Positions 9,058 to 17,189 of a stretch of 45,460 nucleotides of DNA are shown here, one piece after another (position 1 is the first letter of the stretch; each line of letters opens with the position of its first letter). The DNA lies in the NCBI GenBank assembly GCA_964404605.1, contig CAYOKT010000004.1, forward strand, positions 18,555 to 64,014, written 5' to 3'. Source of the stretch: an uncultured bacterium. GTDB lineage: Bacteria > Electryoneota > Electryoneia > Electryoneales > Electryoneaceae. The position numbers were made by a program, and so were the translations under genes. Below the pieces are notes generated by a model. The model searched no databases and was not told where the DNA came from. It saw only the letters and a program-made list of their open reading frames with translations.

Positions 9058-11190
9058 GTGCGGCGGAGCCGGCGGAAGGGGCGGCGCCCGGGGCGCTTGC
9101 CGCTTCTCCCCGCGATATGCGGCCTTGTACTCCTCGCCCTCGTCCCGACGGGTGCTGTTCAAGCCGGGAACGATGACACTCCTTCTCTCGTCTCCTTGCG
9201 GGGGACCGTGGCGGGGCGGCCCACCACGCAAATGACGGGGGAATCTCCCCGGCCCCTGTCGCGGGCGTCCGCGACCCGCGCCGCGGAGGACACCACGGCC
9301 GCCGACACCCTCGCGCCGCCGGCAACCCCGCCCACCGCCCCGGTGGGACTCCCTCCCGCGGGCGAGAACGCCGCGGACTCTCTCGCCGAATCCCTGACGC
9401 CCCTGCGTGCACGCCCGCCGGAACTCCTCCCGGACACCCTCTCTCCCCCTCCGCCGCCCCCGGGTGTGGTCCGGATGGACCGCGACGACTGGACCGCGTT
9501 CGGGTACAAGGACACGGGCGACATCGTTTCGCTCCTCCCCGGCCTCTTCCCCCGCCACGCCAGCCTCTACGCCGAGCCGTATTACATCGCGCCGCCCGGA
9601 GGGAGCGGGCGCGACCTGCTGGTCCTCTACCGGGGGAGGCCCTACAACGACCCGGTCCACGGCGCGGCGAACTTCTCCCCCTACGCCGTTGAGGAGGCGG
9701 CCCTGCTGGACGCAGCGCCCGGTTGGGGGGGCAGCGGGCCCTCCTCGCCGGGACCGGTGCTCTCGCTCCATCCCCCGTTCGTGTACCCGACGACGCCGAT
9801 GACGCGCATCGTCTACCGCCAGGGGTTCTACGGCCTCGGGCACGCGGACTGGAGGATCGCCCAGAAGCTGAACCGCTCCTTCGCCTACCACTTCGGGCTC
9901 GACATCGGGGAATACGAGGGGCGCTATACCAATTCCCAGGCGGCGACGAGCCTGCTGCGCCTCGGCGCGCGCAGGGACTTCGGCCCGCTGGGCAGCCTCG
10001 AGATCGACTGGATGCAATCGCGCGTCCGGCATGGAGAACCCCTCGGAAGCCGTTCCCTCAGCCAGCACCGCAACGACCTGGACCTTCTCTGGGCCGTGGG
10101 GGATCGCGAGGACCCGGCCCGTCTCGAGACGGCGGGCTGGTACGTGCGCTCCCGGCGCGGCTACGGCACCGGCGAGGAGGACGGCAACCGTCTCGGCGGC
10201 AGGGTATCCCTCTTTCTTCGCGCCGGCCGCCACCATCTCGCCGGGCGCGTGGACTACGAGCGGCAGGCGGCCGCCTTCCAGCCGATCCGCGGTTTCGGAA
10301 CGCCGAAGGGGGAGCGATTCGTCGGGGGGGTCACACTCTCGGACCTGTACACCTCCCCCACCCTGCGCGCCGCGGCGGGGTTTCGCGGCGAGGTGGGGAC
10401 GGTGGGAAAGGTGAACAAGCCGGGCGAGAGACGGCTCCTGCCGATGGCCGGCGGCTGGGCCTCGTTCGACTGGGGCGGGCGTGGCGGACCCGGACTGATC
10501 GGCACCGCCACCCGCGGCTGGCGCTGGCCCGCGCTGGACGAGTCCTACGGCCGCTGGGTCGCCGACCCCCCGGAACGGCTGATGGATCCGGTCCCGCTGC
10601 CGGCGGACGCCGCGAGCTACACGGGGAACGGAGCCCTCGAACCGTTCACCGGCACCTACGCCGGGCTCGGCGCCCGCTGGCGCTTCGACGGGGGGAGGAG
10701 CGTGCAGCTCCTCGCCGGGCTGCGCCGTTGGGGCGGGCCGCCGGAGCCGCGGGAGACCGCCCCCGGCGTGTTCAGCATGAAACCGGGACCCTCACGCGGC
10801 GGGCCGGAGATCACGGGCTCGGGCCGGGTTCCCCTCTACGGGCCCTTCTCCCTGGCGGGCGCATGGACCTACAGCGAGGCGGGCGACCCGGAAGCCCCGA
10901 TTCCGGCTCAATGGGGCTATGGGGGGCTGCGCTTCGAGAACCTGTACTACGACGGTGAGCTGCGGATGCGCGTCTCGCTGAACGCCCGCTACTGGGGCGA
11001 GTGGACGACGACGGCGGGCAGGCAGCCGGCCGGGTGGGTGTACGACGGGGTCATCACCGCGAAAATCTTCGATTTCGAAGCCTACTGGGGCACGAACAAC
11101 CTCCTCGATTCGACCTACGCCTTCCTCCCCGGCCAGCCGATGATGCACCGCGACGAGATCTGGGGCGTGCGCTGGGTGTTGTGGGATTGA
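9058..11190 (+). CDS. Outer-membrane protein with plug-like domain and beta-barrel (TonB-dependent receptor / putative porin-like)
   Basis: Signal peptide LPAICGLVLLALVPTGAVQA, Pro/Thr-rich linker, plug-like GDIVSLLPG..LLVLYRGRPYNDP, many Gly/aromatic beta-strands, C-terminal WGVRWVLWD. Start uncertain: GTG 9058, ATG 9019 or ATG 8920. Confidence 0.75.
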   Translation: MRRSRRKGRRPGRLPLLPAICGLVLLALVPTGAVQAGNDDTPSLVSLRGTVAGRPTTQMTGESPRPLSRASATRAAEDTTAADTLAPPATPPTAPVGLPPAGENAADSLAESLTPLRARPPELLPDTLSPPPPPPGVVRMDRDDWTAFGYKDTGDIVSLLPGLFPRHASLYAEPYYIAPPGGSGRDLLVLYRGRPYNDPVHGAANFSPYAVEEAALLDAAPGWGGSGPSSPGPVLSLHPPFVYPTTPMTRIVYRQGFYGLGHADWRIAQKLNRSFAYHFGLDIGEYEGRYTNSQAATSLLRLGARRDFGPLGSLEIDWMQSRVRHGEPLGSRSLSQHRNDLDLLWAVGDREDPARLETAGWYVRSRRGYGTGEEDGNRLGGRVSLFLRAGRHHLAGRVDYERQAAAFQPIRGFGTPKGERFVGGVTLSDLYTSPTLRAAAGFRGEVGTVGKVNKPGERRLLPMAGGWASFDWGGRGGPGLIGTATRGWRWPALDESYGRWVADPPERLMDPVPLPADAASYTGNGALEPFTGTYAGLGARWRFDGGRSVQLLAGLRRWGGPPEPRETAPGVFSMKPGPSRGGPEITGSGRVPLYGPFSLAGAWTYSEAGDPEAPIPAQWGYGGLRFENLYYDGELRMRVSLNARYWGEWTTTAGRQPAGWVYDGVITAKIFDFEAYWGTNNLLDSTYAFLPGQPMMHRDEIWGVRWVLWD

Positions 11191-11253
11191 TGAGCTGTGC
11201 CGCCGCGTTCCGCGGGCCGTGGTGCGTCGTGATTGCACGCCGTCGGGGGGAGA

Positions 11254-12189
11254 TCAGGGTCTCTCCGGCACGTAGGAATACGAACCGGCGGGCGCGCACA
11301 GGGACTGCTCCCAGGAGGCGAGGTACTGCCCGCAGTTGCTGCCGATGGCGTTCTCCTCCCGCTCCCCGATGCTGACGATCACCTCGTACCCCGCCGATTC
11401 GAGGGAATCGATGGTCTCCCGCCACCCCGGATCGCTCTCCGCCAGCGGTTTCAGACCGTTCTCTGACGCGCGGCAGGTCGGGTTCAGGGGGGTGACCTTG
11501 ACCAGGAAGACGCCCGGATCGAAGTATTCCCGCAGAACCTTCGGCTCGACCGGCACCCGGTCGATCAGGGCGAAGTTCAAGGTGATCTTCCTGCCGCCCG
11601 TGGCATGGAACCTCTCGCCGTAGCGAGCCATTTCGCCGAACGTCCAGCATCTCACCGGGATCAGCCGTTCGCGCGCCGCCGGGCTGGTGCTGTGGAGGGA
11701 AAACTGGAATTGGAACCGGTCCGGATACAGTTCGCTCTTGACCCGCAACAGCGTCTCGAAGAAGCGATCTGTACCCCCGGGAGCCACGGTGGAGATGGAC
11801 GGCATCAGGCCCGGGGCATGGTATCTCTCCGGCAGGAGTTCGAGGACCTTCACCACGTCGGGGTTGAGCGCGGGCTCGCCCATCCGCGCAAACTGGATCT
11901 TCCACTTTTCACAGGGGACGGTTCCATCCGGGAAGCGCAGCCGGACGAGGTGGTCGATCTGGAACAGCATCTCGCCGGCGGACAGCCTGCCGCGGTAGGA
12001 GCGGCCGGCATCGCACAGCGTGCAGCGTATCGGGCAGCCGTACAGGGTGGAAACGATGTTGACCCATTTCTTCCCGCGCGGGTGGGGAGGCTCCAGGGAC
12101 TCCACGAATTCGACCCGCCCGCCGTTCTCCGTCTCAGCGATGTAGACCACCGCGAGATCGCTCCGCCCGGTTTTCGCGACGATCTTCAT
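11254..12189 (-). CDS. RlmN/Cfr-like radical SAM protein (short form, no N-terminal domain)
   Basis: GCPIRCTLC CxxxCxxC cluster motif, RMGEP, SLHS, PLNP and C-terminal NCGQ align with RlmN-family motifs. Confidence 0.85.
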   Translation of the reverse strand: MKIVAKTGRSDLAVVYIAETENGGRVEFVESLEPPHPRGKKWVNIVSTLYGCPIRCTLCDAGRSYRGRLSAGEMLFQIDHLVRLRFPDGTVPCEKWKIQFARMGEPALNPDVVKVLELLPERYHAPGLMPSISTVAPGGTDRFFETLLRVKSELYPDRFQFQFSLHSTSPAARERLIPVRCWTFGEMARYGERFHATGGRKITLNFALIDRVPVEPKVLREYFDPGVFLVKVTPLNPTCRASENGLKPLAESDPGWRETIDSLESAGYEVIVSIGEREENAIGSNCGQYLASWEQSLCAPAGSYSYVPERP

Positions 12190-13077
12190 CTACTTCGACT
12201 CATCCAGTTTGCGGGAGACCATCATCGCGGCCCTGATCCCGTCCCCCGCCGCGATGGCCGCCTGGCGGAAGGGACCGTTCTGCACGTCCCCGATCAAGTG
12301 GAGCAGACCGGCGGCCTGAAGATCGCGAACCCGGGGCCGCATCGAACCGGAGAGGAAACCCAGGTTCGCCTCGCGCCCGGTCGCCAGTAGCAGGTAATCG
12401 CAGGACTCCCGGACATCGCGCTCCTCGTCCCGCCAGGACAGGGACAAGCACTCCCCGCCCGTCACGATGTTCAAGAGAGTGCTGTCCTCGCGGTATTCGA
12501 TGTCCTCGTTCGCGGCCGCACGTTCCCACAGCAGGGGCAGGCAGGACCGGCGCCCGCCCCGGTTGTGGATCGTCACCCGGTTTCCGCGTCGGGCGAGGTT
12601 CAGCGCATAATCGAACGCCGCGTCCCCCGCGCCGACGATGGAGACCCGTTTCCCGCCCAGGGGGAGCAGCGGGTGGACCTCGTAGAACGCACGCACCCCG
12701 AGGGCGGCATCCAGGCCGGGAAAAGAAACCTCCCGCGGACGGGTGCCGGTGGCGACGACGGCGATCCGGCCGGTGTGCTCTCCCGCAGCGGTCCGAAAAT
12801 GAAAAGCCGCACCGTCGTGTTCCAGTGATTCGACCGCTTCTTGCACCGGCTCCACGCCCGCCCGGGCGAGGTGTTTCCGCAGCAGCGCCGCGAGGCGGGG
12901 GCCGGCGATTCCCTCCGCGAAACCGGGGTAGTTCTCCACCCGGTCCGCGTTCCTCAGCAGCCCGCCGGGAGTGTCCCTCTCGATCAGCAGGGGGGTGATC
13001 CCCTGCCGCCTGAGCTGGATCGCGGCCGCGATGCCCGCCGGGCCCGCGCCGACGATCACCACATCGTGCAGCTTCAT
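12190..13077 (-). CDS. FAD/NAD(P)H-dependent oxidoreductase, thioredoxin-reductase fold, no CxxC
   Basis: IVGAGPAG, ENYPGF, VATG, second Rossmann IVGAGDAA, LATG, LIGD..QAAIAAGDG. Confidence 0.88.
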   Translation of the reverse strand: MKLHDVVIVGAGPAGIAAAIQLRRQGITPLLIERDTPGGLLRNADRVENYPGFAEGIAGPRLAALLRKHLARAGVEPVQEAVESLEHDGAAFHFRTAAGEHTGRIAVVATGTRPREVSFPGLDAALGVRAFYEVHPLLPLGGKRVSIVGAGDAAFDYALNLARRGNRVTIHNRGGRRSCLPLLWERAAANEDIEYREDSTLLNIVTGGECLSLSWRDEERDVRESCDYLLLATGREANLGFLSGSMRPRVRDLQAAGLLHLIGDVQNGPFRQAAIAAGDGIRAAMMVSRKLDESK

Positions 13078-13730
13078 CCCTTGAACTCACCAGCGAGCGT
13101 TTCCATCGTCGTGGGGAAGGCGAAACCATGCGCGAGGTTCAGCAGGGAGGCGCGGTGCAGCTCCCGGTTGTAAGCGGCCGTCCCATCCACGGGGAAGAAC
13201 ACCTGCAGCCCCCGAACGAACGCGGAGCGGGCGGTCGTCTCGCAGCAGAGATTCGTCATCACCCCGGTGATCACCACCTGGCCGACCCCGCCGTCCCTCA
13301 GCCGTCGCAGCAGGGGCGTGTCGTAGAAAGCGTCATATTGCGATTTCACGATGACCGGGACGGCGAAACGCGCGAGTTCCGGCACGATTTCGCTCTCCGG
13401 GTCCTCCTCCCGGATCAGTCGCCGCCACCAGGAACCCATCATCGCGGCGTTCTCCAAGGTATTCAGGTGCCGGGTGAAATACACCGGCCTCCGCGCATCG
13501 AGGAACGCCTTCACCATCCTGCGGATTCCCGGCAGAACGGCAGGTGCGGAGGGAACGAACGCGTGGGAGTCGGGGCTGAGAAAGCACCGCTGCATGTCCA
13601 GCACGAGCAGGGCGGCCGTTTCGGGATGGAAGTCCGCAGGAGGGCGGCGAAACGCGATCCCGGCCAACAGGGACTCGGTCGTCCCGTCGATCGTCTCAGC
13701 GGTGAAATACGGTTCCCGCATACCGGTCAT
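13074..13730 (-). CDS. Isochorismatase-family cysteine hydrolase
   Basis: LLVLDMQ (Asp), VIVKSQYDAF (Lys), GVMTNLCCETTARSAF (Cys): the D-K-C triad. Confidence 0.92.
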   Translation of the reverse strand: MTGMREPYFTAETIDGTTESLLAGIAFRRPPADFHPETAALLVLDMQRCFLSPDSHAFVPSAPAVLPGIRRMVKAFLDARRPVYFTRHLNTLENAAMMGSWWRRLIREEDPESEIVPELARFAVPVIVKSQYDAFYDTPLLRRLRDGGVGQVVITGVMTNLCCETTARSAFVRGLQVFFPVDGTAAYNRELHRASLLNLAHGFAFPTTMETLAGEFKG

Positions 13731-13838
13731 TTCAATTGGTTCAGTGATTGTTCCGTGCGGTTCAACAGTGCGGGCCGCCGGACGAAGAGGCGGGCTGCGA
13801 AGATGCGGCTGCCTTGCCGAAGGACGACCCCCCCGGGC

Positions 13839-15233
13839 TCAGAACTTCCCCTGGTAGTAGGTCCCCTTCTTGATCCCGAAGCGCTCGACGAGGCCGGCCT
13901 TCACCAGGGTTTGCACGTAACGGCGCGCCCCGGAGGTCTTCGTGCGCAGAACGTCGGCGATGTCCTGCATGCGGAATTTCTGCTCCTTGCGGGAGAGGAT
14001 GAAGCCGACGATCTTTTCCGCTTTCCCCGGGGTGAAGTTGATCCCGGCGGCGAAGACCCGCTCCACGCCGTTCCGCAACCGTTCCGGGTCCGGTCTCGGC
14101 GAGACCGGCGGGTACGCCGCAACCAGCTCGAGGTTCTCCGGGTAGATCGTTCCCAGGGAGACCAGTTCGGCCCGTTCGAGGACATTGGCGAGCTCACGCA
14201 CGTTCCCCGGCCAGGAATGACGCTCCAGGATACGGAGGGTCTCCGGGTGAAGCTCCTTCGCCCGTATCTTGGCGCGCTGCGCGAGGAGGGCGAGAAAATG
14301 CACGCTGAGAACCGCCACGTCCTCCGGCCGTTCACGGAGGGGCGGAAGGTGGATGGGCAGAATGGCGAGACGGTAGTAGAGGTCAAGCCGCAGGCGCCCG
14401 GAAGCGACGAGGTCCTCAAGGGGCACCTGGGAGGAGGCGAGAATCCGGACGCCGATCCAGTCCTCTCCCGGTTTCTCCTCGTGATCCAGCCGCTCAAGCC
14501 ACTCCAGCAGCGCCGGCTGCACCTCCGGCGACAACCGTGAAATCTCGTTGAGATAAAGCGTTCCGCCGACGGCATCGCCGGGCAGCGGCACGGCGGACTC
14601 CTCGCGCCGCTCCTCGGGGGGCCTGCGGGTGCCGGTTTTCATCGAGGCGGTGATCATCTCCCTCGTCAGGAGGGAGGAGGGGAGATTCACAAAGGGCCCG
14701 GAGCGGCGCGACCCCGCCGCGTGGATCACCCTGGCGACAAGGTCCTTCCCGGTTCCGGTCTCCCCCAGCAGCAGCGTTGTCACCTCGCGCCGGGCGGCGA
14801 TGCGGACGAGGTTGACGACATCCCGCCAGGCCCGCGAGATGCCGATAAGCTGTTCCATGGGCCGGGCGTCCAATCCGAATTCCTCGGCCCACTCGCCGGG
14901 ACGCTCCGGGCGCTCGCGCAGGGGAAACGTCCCCAGGCGGTCGAGCCAGGACTCCCTGGGCCCTCCCCGGCGCATATAGGGTACGGCGGTCTCATGGAAC
15001 GCCGCGCCGGCGTCGCTCTCCAGCAAGTAGCGTTCGATGTCCTCCAGCAACTCGACCGAGGAGCGCAACCTGCTCGGAGGAGGGACCCGCCGTGAGCCAT
15101 CGTGCTTCCTGTACCAGTCCCATGCATCCATCAGGTTGGGATAACTTTTCGGATCCTGCCCCGAGAGGTACGCGGCCGAGTATCGCAACACATTATCGCA
15201 CCAGGACCGGAAGAGGTGATGTTGATCGATCAA
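13839..15233 (-). CDS. NtrC-type AAA+ transcriptional regulator, degenerate (no GAFTGA), with C-terminal winged HTH
   Basis: GETGTGKD Walker A, GGTLYLNEI, DLYYRL, LPPLRERPED, WPGNVREL; TTG start overlapping the upstream stop. Confidence 0.8.
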   Translation of the reverse strand: MIDQHHLFRSWCDNVLRYSAAYLSGQDPKSYPNLMDAWDWYRKHDGSRRVPPPSRLRSSVELLEDIERYLLESDAGAAFHETAVPYMRRGGPRESWLDRLGTFPLRERPERPGEWAEEFGLDARPMEQLIGISRAWRDVVNLVRIAARREVTTLLLGETGTGKDLVARVIHAAGSRRSGPFVNLPSSLLTREMITASMKTGTRRPPEERREESAVPLPGDAVGGTLYLNEISRLSPEVQPALLEWLERLDHEEKPGEDWIGVRILASSQVPLEDLVASGRLRLDLYYRLAILPIHLPPLRERPEDVAVLSVHFLALLAQRAKIRAKELHPETLRILERHSWPGNVRELANVLERAELVSLGTIYPENLELVAAYPPVSPRPDPERLRNGVERVFAAGINFTPGKAEKIVGFILSRKEQKFRMQDIADVLRTKTSGARRYVQTLVKAGLVERFGIKKGTYYQGKF

Positions 15234-16216
15234 GGTTTCTGCTCCCAGGCGACGACCACTCGATTCCGTCCGCTGTTCTTGGCTTCGTACAGGCTTTCAT
15301 CCGCCGCGCGCAGCAACTCCGTCGCGGTGGCATAATTCGGGTCGGGGTAGTACGATGCGCCGATCGAAATGGTCACCTGGCGCATCTTTCCCCCTTCGGG
15401 AGGCGTTTTCTCGCAGAACTGGAACTCTTCGATGTTCTGGCGAAGACGATCGGCGACGAGTTTCACCCCGTCCGGGGTGGTTTCCGGTAGGATGACGACG
15501 AATTCCTCGCCTCCATAACGGGCGGCGATATCGACCCGCCGGACGGTCTGTAGGACGAGTTGGCCGATTTCCCGGAGCACCACATCACCGATCAGATGGC
15601 CGTAATCATCGTTGACCAGCTTGAAATGGTCGATATCGAACATCAAACATCCGAGGTGAATCCGGTAGCGCTTCGCCCGCGCGAACTCACCATCGATCAC
15701 ATCCTCGAAATACTGGCGGTTGTACAACCCTGTCAGCCGGTCGGTGATCGCCTTGCCCCACAGCTCCCGGTTCTCGGCGAGGAGCGTTTCGCGGGTGGTG
15801 AGCAATTGGTGGAACCGGAGGGAGCGGGCGACACGAAACTTGAACTCCTCGATGCGGAAAGGCATGTATACGAGATCATCGGCGCCGAGTTCGAGGGCTT
15901 TCAGGCCGACCTCGTTGCCGAAGGCGGTGGCGATGATCACCGGAATGTCGGCATGAATGGCGCGGATGTTCGTGAGCAGGGTGATTCCATCCATCTCCGG
16001 CATGCGGACATCGGAGATGACAAGCTGATACGGCAACTTGTGCAGTTTCTTCAGGGCCTCGACGCCGTCTCCCGCCTCCGTGACCTCATACTGTCCCTCC
16101 TGCTCGAGAACATCTCTCATCAATTCCCGAGTGGCGGGGTTGTCATCCACGACGAGGACACGGATTTTCCGCCTCTCCTCCGTCGTTTTCTCTTTACGAT
16201 CCGCGGCCAGATTCAT
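15230..16216 (-). CDS. Response-regulator diguanylate cyclase (REC-GGDEF, WspR/PleD-like)
   Basis: VLVVDD, ISDVRMPEMDG, ATA receiver motifs; TDRLTGLYNR, DIDHFK, RRVD I-site, GGEEF. Start set at ATG 16216 (GGAGG RBS, ATGA overlap with nfi). Confidence 0.93.
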   Translation of the reverse strand: MNLAADRKEKTTEERRKIRVLVVDDNPATRELMRDVLEQEGQYEVTEAGDGVEALKKLHKLPYQLVISDVRMPEMDGITLLTNIRAIHADIPVIIATAFGNEVGLKALELGADDLVYMPFRIEEFKFRVARSLRFHQLLTTRETLLAENRELWGKAITDRLTGLYNRQYFEDVIDGEFARAKRYRIHLGCLMFDIDHFKLVNDDYGHLIGDVVLREIGQLVLQTVRRVDIAARYGGEEFVVILPETTPDGVKLVADRLRQNIEEFQFCEKTPPEGGKMRQVTISIGASYYPDPNYATATELLRAADESLYEAKNSGRNRVVVAWEQKP

Positions 16217-16932
16217 TTCGACGAGACCTCCAACCTTTTCCGATATTCGCCCGCGGCGCGATGCGCCGCCCGGATCGGTTCGGGAAGACGATAACGGCCC
16301 AGTGTGCGCATCACCCAACGTACGGCTTCTTCATGCCCGATTCGATGACCGGGGGAGACCCATACAGGTTTGACCCCGCGCCGTGTGCGAAGCACCGTCC
16401 CGATGCGCTCACCCCGATCGCGGCAAATCGACCGGTCCCCTCTCTCCGGGCCCGGTTCGCCGCATACTCCGACGAGACGACTCTTCGCGCATCCCACCGT
16501 GGTCCACCCGGTGACCAGCCCGAGGTGGCTCGCCAGGCCGATTCTCCTCGGATGGGCGATCCCCTGCCCATCCACGAGGACCAGGTCGGGCCGATGCGCG
16601 AGCTTCTCCGCCGCGCGCAGGAGAACCGGGATCTCCCGGTAGGAAAGGAAACCCGGGACATAGGGAAATTCGACCGGCGCCGACACGACGACGAGATCCT
16701 CGAGAACGAGACCCGGCCGGCGGAAGAGGGCAAGCGCGCCGATCATCAACTGCCGGTCCGGCGAGATCGAGGCGTCCGTCCCCAGGATCCACCGGACTTC
16801 CGATTCGCCCGGTCCCCCTTCGACAAGGACCCGCTCCGCAAGACGCAGTTGTTCGTCTCTCGCTTCTTCCATGGAGCCCGGGAGCCGCCAGGCGACAACC
16901 CCGGGCCGGAGAGCACCTCCGCGGGAGTTCAA
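16213..16932 (-). CDS. nfi: Endonuclease V (deoxyinosine 3' endonuclease)
   Basis: FPYVPGFLSYRE, LVDGQGIAHPRRIGLASHLG, VGCAKSRL, KPVWVSPGH, RLPEPIRAAH; start codon uncertain. Confidence 0.95.
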   Translation of the reverse strand: MNSRGGALRPGVVAWRLPGSMEEARDEQLRLAERVLVEGGPGESEVRWILGTDASISPDRQLMIGALALFRRPGLVLEDLVVVSAPVEFPYVPGFLSYREIPVLLRAAEKLAHRPDLVLVDGQGIAHPRRIGLASHLGLVTGWTTVGCAKSRLVGVCGEPGPERGDRSICRDRGERIGTVLRTRRGVKPVWVSPGHRIGHEEAVRWVMRTLGRYRLPEPIRAAHRAAGEYRKRLEVSSK

Positions 16933-17100
16933 CGTTTCAACATCGGTCTCGACGTCCCCCCGAGAACAAAACCGGGCTATCCACCACCGATACGCGCCGG
17001 GCTCAACCGCCTCCCGGCGGAAACACTTCCGATGATTACCGAATGTGACAGTCTCGTTCCGGCCACAGAGCCCCTATGTACCACATTTCGGCTTTTTGGG

Positions 17101-17129
17101 AAAATAGGTGTATCACGAACCCGGGTCAA
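17101..17129 (-). promoter_or_regulatory. Putative sigma70 promoter for the nfi-GGDEF-AAA+ operon
   Basis: Minus strand TTGACC (17129-17124), 17 nt, TATTTT (17106-17101). Confidence 0.55.
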
Positions 17130-17189
17130 ACCCCGATCGTCACCTTTTTTTCCGAAGCCGCCCCTCCCCGAGAGGCGTGGAACCACGGG

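Noticed and set aside
8838-9182. Possible CRISPR array from the 31-nt repeats
   Set aside because: Only two full copies, 135 nt between them (far longer than a spacer), no cas genes nearby
11254-12189. Calling the radical SAM gene rlmN or cfr
   Set aside because: Lacks the N-terminal domain and the first catalytic Cys; gene symbol withheld
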